From Bacteroidia bacterium (lineage in GTDB: Bacteria; Bacteroidota; Bacteroidia; UKL13-3), in NCBI GenBank assembly GCA_044351265.1, contig JBILGC010000006.1, positions 3,167-67,166 on the forward strand: a stretch of DNA of 64,000 nucleotides, in the 5' to 3' direction. Position numbers and translations under genes: made by a program. Below are positions 26,778 to 35,927 of the stretch, piece after piece (within the stretch, counting starts at the first letter, position 1; each line of letters opens with the position of its first letter). Below the pieces are notes generated by a model. The model saw only the letters and a list, made by a program, of their open reading frames with translations, ran no database searches and was not told where the DNA came from.

Positions 26778-28209
26778 GCTCGCACGAAAATATATTTCTG
26801 TTACCACATTTCTGCTATGTGCGCTTATGAATCAGGCATTATATGCCCAGCAAACATGGACCCTGCAGCAATGCATTGATCAGGCATTGCAAAACAATAT
26901 AGCCATTAAGCAAAGAATATATAACCTAAAAAGCAGTGAAGCAGATTTGCTTCAGAGTAAAATCAATATACTGCCATCTATCAATGGGCAGCTAACCAAT
27001 AACTTTAATACAGGTTTTTCCATCAATCCGGTAACCAACCAAACGTTATCTGACGCTACATTTAGAAGTAATAATTTTATACTATCGGGCTCGATGACGC
27101 TCTTCAGTGGTTTTCAGAACACCAATTCTATCAGGCAACAGCAGGTAACTGTTAAAGCAGCAGAGGAAGATGTGCAGGCAACGAAAAATAATATTGTACT
27201 GGCCGTTGCCAATGCATTTATGGGCGTTTTGATGAATGAAGAAGTGCTTAAGGCCAGAGAATTACAAATAGCTTCAACCAAGGAGCAATTGCAGCGGCAG
27301 CAAAAATTATTTGAATTGGGGGGCTCTAATAAAGTGCGCTTGCTTCAAATAAAAGCACAATTGGCCAACGAGGAATTGCAACTTGTAACCGCGCAAAACC
27401 AATTGCAGCAGTCATACTTAACACTATGGCAAGCCATGAACATCAATCCTGACAGCAGCAATAAAATTCTGTGGCAGCAAAACATGGATAATAAAGTTGA
27501 GGATGAGATACGCAATGCCGATCAGATTTATGAAGCATTTAAGCAAAACAGCCCTGAACTAAAAGCTGCACATTACCGCACACGTGCTGCAGAAATAAAT
27601 CAGTTTATTGCACAGGGGGGCCGCAGTTTTAGAATCAATATGAATGGTGGCCTCAATTCATTTTACACTACACAAAATTTGCGTGGTAAAGGCGATCCTG
27701 TTTTAGCATCATCGATTATTGGCGTAGATGGTTCAGGAAATTTTATTTATTCAATTCCTTTTCCTCGATATTCCGAAACAGAGATTACACCATTTAATAC
27801 TCAATTTGACCGTAATTTGGGAAAGAGTCTTGGTTTTAATTTGAGTATACCTATATTAAACGGATGGCAAACAAACAATGCCATACAAAAAGCTCGCATC
27901 AACCAGGAAATTACCAAGCTCTCCGAAAAACAAACCCAGTTGGATGTGTATCGCAATATCAATCAGGCATACCTAGATTTCAAAGCAGCGCAAAAGCAGT
28001 ATGAGGCAAGCAAGCTGAGTTATGATGCAAATAAGGAAGCCTATGATTTGGCCAATAGCCAGTTTACGCTGGGCGCCATTAATACCAACGATTATATTAC
28101 TTCTAAAAATCAGTTTCTTTCAGCAGAAACGTCATTACTGCAGGCAAGATTTCAGTTGATGTTTCGCAGAAAAGTGCTCGATTTTTATTTAGGTAAACCA
28201 TTAAACTGA
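26776..28209 (+). CDS. TolC family outer membrane efflux protein
   Basis: WTLQQCIDQALQNN, two TolC repeats, LDFYLG C-terminus. ATG 26776 follows -7 box TATTTTTG at 26760. Confidence 0.92.
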   Translation: MLARKYISVTTFLLCALMNQALYAQQTWTLQQCIDQALQNNIAIKQRIYNLKSSEADLLQSKINILPSINGQLTNNFNTGFSINPVTNQTLSDATFRSNNFILSGSMTLFSGFQNTNSIRQQQVTVKAAEEDVQATKNNIVLAVANAFMGVLMNEEVLKARELQIASTKEQLQRQQKLFELGGSNKVRLLQIKAQLANEELQLVTAQNQLQQSYLTLWQAMNINPDSSNKILWQQNMDNKVEDEIRNADQIYEAFKQNSPELKAAHYRTRAAEINQFIAQGGRSFRINMNGGLNSFYTTQNLRGKGDPVLASSIIGVDGSGNFIYSIPFPRYSETEITPFNTQFDRNLGKSLGFNLSIPILNGWQTNNAIQKARINQEITKLSEKQTQLDVYRNINQAYLDFKAAQKQYEASKLSYDANKEAYDLANSQFTLGAINTNDYITSKNQFLSAETSLLQARFQLMFRRKVLDFYLGKPLN

Positions 28210-28237
28210 TAATTCTTACATTTGAATACAAGGAACT

Positions 28238-29614
28238 ATGTCGAAGAAAAGCAATAAACTTATTTGGTATCTAATTGGCGCAATTGTGTTAATCATTGTA
28301 CTTATTGTATTAGGTAAAAGTGCAGGATGGTTAGGAAAGGAAGAAGGAATAAAAGTGAGTGCAGATAAAGTGAGCCTCAAAACCATTATAGAAACAGTTT
28401 CGGCCAATGGAAAAGTGCAGCCTGAGGTAGAAGTAAAAATCAGTTCAGACGTATCTGGCGAGGTGCGCGAGTTAAATGTTAGGGAGGGCGACTCCGTGCA
28501 GGCAGGCCAATTGCTTGCCATTATTGATCCTGAATTGTATCAGTCTGCTCTTGATCGTGCAGAGGCATCATTAAATAACTCAAGAGCTAATTTGGCAAAT
28601 GCAAAAGCACGTTTGGTGCAGGCTGAGGCGAGGTTTAATGAAATTCAATTGCAGCATCAGCGTAATATTAAACTGCATGAGCAAAAGCTAATTTCCGATC
28701 AGGAATTTGAAAACTCGCGCTCTAACTACAATACCAACAAAGCAGAAGTCGAAGCTTCCAAACAAACAGTGCTTGCCTCTCAGTATGGAGTGCAAAGCAT
28801 GGAGGCTACCTTAAAAGAAGCTAGAAAAAATTTAACACGTACCGAGATATTTTCACCAGTTAATGGTATTGTATCCAAATTGAATATTGAAAAGGGAGAG
28901 CGTGTAGTTGGGACCTCACAGATGGCAGGAACAGAAATGATGCGTATTGCCAATTTAAATGATATGGAGGTAAGTGTGGATGTGAACGAAAACGATATTG
29001 TGAAAGTTAGTTTAAATGATACAACTTTAATTGAAGTTGATGCATACAACAACCGCAAGTTTAAAGGCATTGTTACAGAGGTTGCCAACTCTGCTTCTAC
29101 AACAGCACAAACTACATCAGACCAGGTTACAAACTTTGTGGTAAAGATCCGTATACTGCGCACTTCATATGAAGATTTGCTTTCAAGGGCAGGGAAAAAG
29201 CGAGCCGTTTTCAGGCCTGGTATGTCGGCATCAGTGGATATACAAACTGCAACCGCTGCAAACGTAACTTCGGTGCCAATTGAGGCAGTAACCATCAGAA
29301 GCAAATCAGAGTTAGATATTACAGCACAGACAAGCAAGAAGTCTCAAACAAAGAATGGAGAAGTAGCAGCTAAAAAGGATGAAGCGGAAGTTGTTTTTGT
29401 TTTAAAGGATAACAAGGTTTCCTTACAACAAGTAAAAACGGGCATACAGGACGATAAATACATTCAGATAACTGAAGGGGTAAGTGCGGACGAGGAAATT
29501 GTAACTGGCCCATACAGTGCCATATCACGCACGTTAAAAAATGGCGATGAAGTAACCAAGGTAAGAAAAGAGGAGTTGTTTGAAATAAGCAAATCCGGTG
29601 GATCCAATGAATAA
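28238..29614 (+). CDS. Efflux periplasmic adaptor (MacA/HlyD-like)
   Basis: N-terminal TM, VREGDSVQAGQLL lipoyl halves, coiled hairpin, FRPGMSA. Confidence 0.92.
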   Translation: MSKKSNKLIWYLIGAIVLIIVLIVLGKSAGWLGKEEGIKVSADKVSLKTIIETVSANGKVQPEVEVKISSDVSGEVRELNVREGDSVQAGQLLAIIDPELYQSALDRAEASLNNSRANLANAKARLVQAEARFNEIQLQHQRNIKLHEQKLISDQEFENSRSNYNTNKAEVEASKQTVLASQYGVQSMEATLKEARKNLTRTEIFSPVNGIVSKLNIEKGERVVGTSQMAGTEMMRIANLNDMEVSVDVNENDIVKVSLNDTTLIEVDAYNNRKFKGIVTEVANSASTTAQTTSDQVTNFVVKIRILRTSYEDLLSRAGKKRAVFRPGMSASVDIQTATAANVTSVPIEAVTIRSKSELDITAQTSKKSQTKNGEVAAKKDEAEVVFVLKDNKVSLQQVKTGIQDDKYIQITEGVSADEEIVTGPYSAISRTLKNGDEVTKVRKEELFEISKSGGSNE

Positions 29615-29619
29615 ATTGA

Positions 29620-30648
29620 ATGATTAACGACAGGCCTAAACATATTGCTGTAATTGGTGGTGGAAGCTGGGGAACGGCTATTACCAAAATCCTGAGCGAA
29701 CACAAAAAAGCAGCCGGAAGCAACATAGAAAATTTGCAGTGGTGGATAAGAAACGAAGAAACAGCGGCTTATATTCGTGCAAACAGACACAACCCAAAAT
29801 ACATAAGCTCTGTTGAAATTCATCCGGAGATTGTGAGTGTTTCCAGTAACTTACAGGAGATAATCAATACATCTGATTTAATTGTGATGGCTGTTCCAAG
29901 TGCTTTTTTAAAGGAAGCACTCCAAAGTGTAGACGCTTCATTCATCAAAAATAAATACATTGTTTCTGCCATTAAAGGATTGCTTCCTCATAGCAGACAA
30001 ATTGTAGCTGATTTCTTAATGGCTGAGTATGGCTTGCCACATGAGCAACTCATGGTTATTTCAGGGCCTTGCCATGCCGAAGAAGTTGCTGCAGAAAAAT
30101 TATCATACTTAACCATTGCCGGTTTGGATGCAAATGCAACAGCATATTTTGCATCATTGCTTGCCTGCAGATATATACGCACTATTATTTCTAATGATAT
30201 TACAGGAACAGAATATGGTGCAGTGCTAAAAAATATTTACGCAGTGGCAAGCGGTATTTGTCATGGTCTTGGATTTGGAGACAATTTTCAGGCAGTGCTT
30301 ATCTCTAATGCCATCCGAGAGATGGAACGCTTTTTATATGCAGTTCATGCACATCCGCGTGAAATCAATCACTCTGCATACTTGGGAGATCTATTGGTAA
30401 CGGCATACTCGCAGCACTCGCGCAACCGCACATTTGGTAATATGCTGGGCAAGGGATACACTGTTAAATCTGCCCAACTCGAAATGAATATGATAGCCGA
30501 AGGTTATTATGCAACTAAAAGCATGCATGAATTGAACAACAGCAAACTCAAAGTAGATATGCCAATTATGGAAGCTGTATATGGTATTATTTATGAGAAT
30601 AAATCAGCTCGGCAGGAAATTAACAGGCTTTGCGAAAAGCTTATTTAG
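29620..30648 (+). CDS. gpsA: NAD(P)H-dependent glycerol-3-phosphate dehydrogenase
   Basis: GGGSWGTA, SGPCHAEE, LKNIYA, LGDLLVT, SRNR. Confidence 0.95.
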   Translation: MINDRPKHIAVIGGGSWGTAITKILSEHKKAAGSNIENLQWWIRNEETAAYIRANRHNPKYISSVEIHPEIVSVSSNLQEIINTSDLIVMAVPSAFLKEALQSVDASFIKNKYIVSAIKGLLPHSRQIVADFLMAEYGLPHEQLMVISGPCHAEEVAAEKLSYLTIAGLDANATAYFASLLACRYIRTIISNDITGTEYGAVLKNIYAVASGICHGLGFGDNFQAVLISNAIREMERFLYAVHAHPREINHSAYLGDLLVTAYSQHSRNRTFGNMLGKGYTVKSAQLEMNMIAEGYYATKSMHELNNSKLKVDMPIMEAVYGIIYENKSARQEINRLCEKLI

Positions 30649-30684
30649 CAACTTTCATTAGTGCCTGCCAAATACCAAATTCAA

Positions 30685-33408
30685 ATGCACCGGATTAAAA
30701 TTAACACCATATTTTTTCTGCTATTGTTTATTTGGCAAGCAAATAAGGCTTGTTCTCAGCCGATACAATTTACATTAGGAACAGGAACTTCCTATAATTC
30801 TTCAACAGGATACCCCGCTCCTTACGGCAACTTCTACTGGGGTGCAAGGCATCAGTTTCTTATACGCGCAAGTGAGTTGCAGGCGTTGGGAGCAACGGGA
30901 CAACGAATCATTACTGCACTTGGTTTTAATGTTTTTGCCCCCATCAGCGGAGCACTTGTTGATTTTCAGATTAAATTAAAGCAAACAACGCTTACTGCTT
31001 TTCCAACAACCGGTTTTGTATTTGAAACAGGAACCACTACTGTTTTTGGTCCAACAGCTATACCCACAGCAGCAGGCTGGAATATGCACAACTTTCAAAC
31101 ACCTTTTATCTGGAATGGAACATCTAATATTTTGGTAGAGATTTGTTTTAATAACAATGATTATACAACCAACGCACAAACCTATTTTTCTGCTACTTCT
31201 TTCGGCAGCAGCATTTACATCAGAGATGATGCCGTAGGGGTATGTGTACGCACATCCGTTACCCGCTCTACCAACAGGCCCAATATGCGCCTAACTATGA
31301 GCGTGCCATTACCACCGGTGGCGCGTATAACCGCTCCGGACACCGTGTATGTCAACAGGCCGGTAACCATCACTTCTCAAAGCGAAAATGCCATGCGCTA
31401 TTATTGGAGGATTGATCCTGCAAACACCAATACACTTTGCAACAATATCGGGTGTTTCACTGATACGGTACCAACCAATATTACAACCACATTTACCCAG
31501 CAGGGATTATACAAGATAACCCTTATTAACCGGGGCTATCTTGGAGATACTGCGAGTGCTGTAAAATTTATTTATGCTGATACTACACGAAGAAAACCAA
31601 AGGCCAACTTTTTTGCTTCAACCCGCTCTGCAGGTGTTTTTGATCAGATATTATTTTATGATTCCAGCATGTTTGGTGCATTCGGGTGGGAGTGGAGCAT
31701 TAACCCGCCCTGTGTTACCTGCGGGCAGTTTCCGAATGTTTTTACACCATCGGTAGATGTGCAGCAACCTATACTTAATACGTTTGATCCGGGGCTGTAT
31801 GATATTTGCCTTGTTGCATGGAATGATAAAGGTTTTGATACCATTTGCAAGCCACAATACATCAATATACTCTCTTCGTTTTTTATGTGTAACGGCACAG
31901 ATTCTTTTACCAATGAGAACTTTGGAATGGTAACCGATGTAGGCGGTGCTGCCTCAAATTATCAGATAGGGCAAATTGGCCAGTGCAACGCAGGATTTGT
32001 AATTAATCCTGAAACATGCGCAGATACATTGCTTCTTTATATCGATAAGTTTAGGCTAAGAGATTTGGATACCTTGGAAATAAGAAGCGGCACTTCAAAA
32101 ACAGGACCTATTATTGCTAGGTATAGTGGCGGTAATTTATCACCTTCACAAAAAAGCATTAAAATTCCTACAGGCAGCGCATTTATGCGCATGAAAACGG
32201 GTGCAGGCACAACCACAGCAGGTGATAGCGGCTTTGCCATCAGATGGAGCATCGCACCTGCAGCAAAAATTTTTCAGACGGCAACTTCCTTTTGTCCGAA
32301 TGATTCTATGTTTTTAAAAACCATTACTCGCAGTGGCAGAAATTATCAATGGACTTATAACGGTCAATCGGCAAGTAATGATTCATTCATCATTGCACGC
32401 GATGAAGGCACCTACGGATTAACTGTTAGTCAAGCGGGTTGTGCGGCATCAAATCAAATTACACTTGCACAAAAAGAGGCGCCTCAGGTCATTGCCATTG
32501 CCGACTCCAACATGCTTCAGTGTGTAGGCACAAATGCATTCACGTTTATTAATCGTTCAACTATATCAAAGGGTAGTTTAATGAATACTTGGATTATCAG
32601 CGATGGCACGCAACAAAAAACAGATACCCTTAAGAAAACATTTTCCAAGGCCGGAGTATATCAGATTATACAAAGTGTGGTTTCAGATTCGGGTTGTGTT
32701 TCTACCAACAGTTATATTATCCGTGTAAAAGAAAAACCTGATGCTGCCATTATCTATTCTCAAACGCCTGAGATATGCAGCTACGATAGTTTATTACTGC
32801 TTGCATCTTCCACCCAGGCATTGCAGTATGAATGGTTTATAAACGGCACGTCACAACTTGCTGCGGAAAGCTATTATGCAAAGGCCGGCCAAAGTATACG
32901 GTTGAGGGTAACCGATATGTTTGGGTGCGACAGTTTAACAGCGCCTTTGGTTATTAAAGAAAGAGCATCGCCAAGCAAGCCTATAATTGTGCGCAATGGA
33001 GCATACCTGCAGGCCATAACGGGCAACAGCCGTATTGCATGGTATCTGGGAGTTACGGCATTATCTGATACATCAAAACAAATTATACCACCTCAAGATG
33101 GATTATACATGGTGGTATCAGATAGCAATGGTTGTATTGCAACTTCTAACAGGTATGTAGTTACATTTACCAGAGTAACAAATGCATTGGAGCAAAATCA
33201 GGTAAGAGTATACCCCAATCCGTTTTCGGATGTATTGCGCATAGAATCTACTTTAAAAGGCCATTATATGATAACCGATATAACAGGCAGAATATGTAAG
33301 GCGGGAGAAATACGAGAAGGTTTGAATACGATTACCACTACCGAGTTTAAGGCTGGGGTTTATATTTTGCATATTGATAAAACGTATATTCGGATAGTAA
33401 AACAATAA
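30685..33408 (+). CDS. Large T9SS-secreted protein with PKD/Ig-like and CUB-like modules
   Basis: Signal peptide; PKD-like KPKANF..W.W..PG.Y; CUB-like DTLEIRSG...IARYSG...GF.I.W; C-terminal VYPNPF...GVYIL type A sorting domain. Confidence 0.85.
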   Translation: MHRIKINTIFFLLLFIWQANKACSQPIQFTLGTGTSYNSSTGYPAPYGNFYWGARHQFLIRASELQALGATGQRIITALGFNVFAPISGALVDFQIKLKQTTLTAFPTTGFVFETGTTTVFGPTAIPTAAGWNMHNFQTPFIWNGTSNILVEICFNNNDYTTNAQTYFSATSFGSSIYIRDDAVGVCVRTSVTRSTNRPNMRLTMSVPLPPVARITAPDTVYVNRPVTITSQSENAMRYYWRIDPANTNTLCNNIGCFTDTVPTNITTTFTQQGLYKITLINRGYLGDTASAVKFIYADTTRRKPKANFFASTRSAGVFDQILFYDSSMFGAFGWEWSINPPCVTCGQFPNVFTPSVDVQQPILNTFDPGLYDICLVAWNDKGFDTICKPQYINILSSFFMCNGTDSFTNENFGMVTDVGGAASNYQIGQIGQCNAGFVINPETCADTLLLYIDKFRLRDLDTLEIRSGTSKTGPIIARYSGGNLSPSQKSIKIPTGSAFMRMKTGAGTTTAGDSGFAIRWSIAPAAKIFQTATSFCPNDSMFLKTITRSGRNYQWTYNGQSASNDSFIIARDEGTYGLTVSQAGCAASNQITLAQKEAPQVIAIADSNMLQCVGTNAFTFINRSTISKGSLMNTWIISDGTQQKTDTLKKTFSKAGVYQIIQSVVSDSGCVSTNSYIIRVKEKPDAAIIYSQTPEICSYDSLLLLASSTQALQYEWFINGTSQLAAESYYAKAGQSIRLRVTDMFGCDSLTAPLVIKERASPSKPIIVRNGAYLQAITGNSRIAWYLGVTALSDTSKQIIPPQDGLYMVVSDSNGCIATSNRYVVTFTRVTNALEQNQVRVYPNPFSDVLRIESTLKGHYMITDITGRICKAGEIREGLNTITTTEFKAGVYILHIDKTYIRIVKQ

Positions 33409-33411
33409 ACC

Positions 33412-33753
33412 ATGAATGCCGCAGAAGAATTTAATGAATACCGCTCTAAAATGAATGAGCGATTGATGGGTTCAGACAACTTGGTATTAAAAAGGCTATT
33501 CAATTTAGATACCAATACCTATGAGGATGGTGCCTTGCCGGCAGTAACCAAAGAAATGCTAGGGCTGGTAGCCTCTATGGTTTTGCGCTGTGATGATTGC
33601 ATTAAATACCATTTGGGTAAATGCCATGAGTTGGGCGTAAGCACGGCACAGGTTTATGAAATTTTTGCTGTTGCCAATATTGTAGGCGGCACCATTGTAA
33701 TTCCGCATACCCGCAGAGCAGCTGAATATTGGGATGTGCTGGAGGGAAATTGA
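33412..33753 (+). CDS. Carboxymuconolactone decarboxylase / AhpD family protein
   Basis: TKEMLGLVASMVLRCDDCIKYH (CxxC..H). Confidence 0.9.
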   Translation: MNAAEEFNEYRSKMNERLMGSDNLVLKRLFNLDTNTYEDGALPAVTKEMLGLVASMVLRCDDCIKYHLGKCHELGVSTAQVYEIFAVANIVGGTIVIPHTRRAAEYWDVLEGN

Positions 33754-33763
33754 TTAACCTATT

Positions 33764-35275
33764 TCACCACAAGACCACCTTATTGGTTACGATGGTTTGG
33801 TTAATGGTTACGTGCACAAAATAAACGCCACGTGGCCAGTTTTCTACATCTACGTTTTTTGTAGAACCTTTTGATTGAAAAACCACTTTGCCTTGTGCAT
33901 CAAAAACCTCTATGAGTGAAAGTGCCTCAGCACAATTAAAAAATAATTGTGTTGAAGCAGGATTGGGATAAACCATTAATTGTTTAGGCATTTCAAGATT
34001 AGGATTTAATCCTGTTGGGCTACCTCTGTAAATTCTCATGATAAAACGGTTACTCTCATCGGAGCTCATATAAATATCACCATTGGGTGCAATAGCTAAA
34101 CCAACAGGTCTGCCCCAATACACGCGATTAATGCTATCGGTAATAAATCCTGTACAAAAGTCTGCTACATAATTTACAGTAGTATCCGTTGCACTGCTCA
34201 AATCAAGATAAACCAACTTGTAACCTTTATAATTTTGAGGTGTATTCCATGAACCACGTAGCGCTGATAGCATGCCATTTCTCATTGCAGTTGGGAAAGT
34301 ATTGTTTAAAAAAGTAAGTGCCATAGGAGCTGTATGTGCCTGTATGAGTGCAGCAGGTTCTATCATTTTTGCCACCTTGCCACTATCTGCAGCTACTATA
34401 GGTTTGAGTGCAGCGTAATCGGAATGTGCATCAAAGTTGAACCAAACTTGGTTTGCATAAGCAAAAGGATAGCCGTAAAATCCTTGGTCTCTGATGATGT
34501 CAATCCACTCAGGCGGGATAAAATCGCCTTGCCTATCGCTACCATTATTGTTGGCCCATAACCTACCTGTTTGTGGATGCACTGCCATACCTACTGCATT
34601 CCGCACACCGCTTGCAAACACACGACCATTTTTCCCGTTTTCATCATACTGTTCTATTACTGCACGGTAATCTTCTCTGCATACGTTGCATAAAGAACCA
34701 ATAGACACATATACTTTTTTCTGTTCAGCATCGAACACTATTGATCTTGTGCGATGTCCACCCACAGGCTGTGCAGCGCGCCATCCTATGCTGTCAATAA
34801 AAATGCTTCGGGATTCAAAAATACCATCGCTGTTTGCATCAGTAAGTTTCCATACTTTTTGTTCTTCTGTAACATACATCTGTCCGTTATAAAATTTTAC
34901 ATCATGGTTATTTACAAAACCGGTTGCGGCCACACGTGCAGAATCTGCTACACCATTTCCATCTGCATCGGGCAGGGCATAAATTTTTCCGTTATTATTG
35001 GTAAACATATCACTTACGTGCAATACACCGGCACTATTAAAAGCCAAAAACCGTGGTTTGTTTAAACCCCCGGCATAAAAAATGGTAGCCTTATATCCGG
35101 CAGGTAAATAAACGGTGTAGTTACCCGGCATGGTTGATTTAAAAGCGGCAGGTACTTCTACGGTTACCGGCTGCAAGCCCAGTGATTGTGTGGGTGTCAT
35201 ATTCACGGTGCCGGGCTGGGCACAAATTCCAATGCTAAGCACCAGCAAAAAAGTAATGCTAGAAATCCGTATCAT
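33764..35275 (-). CDS. PQQ-dependent sugar/sorbosone dehydrogenase-like beta-propeller with T9SS CTD
   Basis: GGHRTR, SIGSLCNVC, ASGVRNAVG, YGYP, AHTAP, RGSWN, GRPVG; C-terminal VYPNPA...GVYFV. Confidence 0.88.
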   Translation of the reverse strand: MIRISSITFLLVLSIGICAQPGTVNMTPTQSLGLQPVTVEVPAAFKSTMPGNYTVYLPAGYKATIFYAGGLNKPRFLAFNSAGVLHVSDMFTNNNGKIYALPDADGNGVADSARVAATGFVNNHDVKFYNGQMYVTEEQKVWKLTDANSDGIFESRSIFIDSIGWRAAQPVGGHRTRSIVFDAEQKKVYVSIGSLCNVCREDYRAVIEQYDENGKNGRVFASGVRNAVGMAVHPQTGRLWANNNGSDRQGDFIPPEWIDIIRDQGFYGYPFAYANQVWFNFDAHSDYAALKPIVAADSGKVAKMIEPAALIQAHTAPMALTFLNNTFPTAMRNGMLSALRGSWNTPQNYKGYKLVYLDLSSATDTTVNYVADFCTGFITDSINRVYWGRPVGLAIAPNGDIYMSSDESNRFIMRIYRGSPTGLNPNLEMPKQLMVYPNPASTQLFFNCAEALSLIEVFDAQGKVVFQSKGSTKNVDVENWPRGVYFVHVTINQTIVTNKVVLW

Positions 35276-35350
35276 ACAAAGGTGTATTAATGCAATGCAA
35301 GATAAATTTACTTTTCAAACACCTGCAATGGTTTTTTACATACCTGCTGC

Positions 35351-35428
35351 CTTCGACAAGCTCAGGCAGCGGAATATCAAGCTCACGCAGCGGGTTATCA
35401 CAAGGGGGTTGAGCCCGTCTAAACCACC
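35351..35428. repeat. Degenerate Bacteroidota REP-like (CTTCGACAAGCTCAG-type) repeat remnant
   Basis: CTTCGACAAGCTCAGGCAGCGG, a second partial direct copy CAAGCTCACGCAGCGG, and a degenerate inverted copy GGTTGAGCCCGTCTAAACC. Confidence 0.6.
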
Positions 35429-35481
35429 GATTCTGTATCCTGCTTTTTATTTTAAACCCATACCTATACCTTTGTATCCGC

Positions 35482-35859
35482 TTGAATAAATTTTTTACAT
35501 ATCTGCTATCTCTACATTTTCTGCTTGTTGGCATATTGCCGGAGCAAAGCCTGCATGAGCTTAACAAAATTCCTACGCTGGTGCAGCATTATTTTCACCA
35601 TACACAGGAAGAGAAGCAGCAATTGTCGTTCAGCGAATTCTTGCTGATGCACTATGGTAATTCAGAACACCGTAATCAGGAAGACCATGATGACCTTCCT
35701 TTATTTGCGCACCATTGCAGTTGTCAGCTATTTGTTCATCAGGAAGTTTATTTTAACGAACCTCAAGGCATACCGGTTGTTTCAACCAGTTTACCGTATC
35801 AACCAAAATCGTATAGTATATTGCCGGATAAAGGCATCTTTCAGCCTCCGCGCGTGTGA
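35482..35859 (+). CDS. His/Cys-rich leader protein upstream of heavy-metal RND operon, ending in IFQPPR
   Basis: TTG start just after -7 box TACCTTTG (35467-35474); hydrophobic N-terminus; HYFHH, LMHY, DHDDLP, HHCSC; C-terminal IFQPPRV. Confidence 0.8.
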   Translation: MNKFFTYLLSLHFLLVGILPEQSLHELNKIPTLVQHYFHHTQEEKQQLSFSEFLLMHYGNSEHRNQEDHDDLPLFAHHCSCQLFVHQEVYFNEPQGIPVVSTSLPYQPKSYSILPDKGIFQPPRV

Positions 35860-35927
35860 GTTTAATTGAGCTGCAATTAGCGGGTTCACTTTCCAACTTT
35901 TTTCATTATAAACTTAAATAAAAAATT

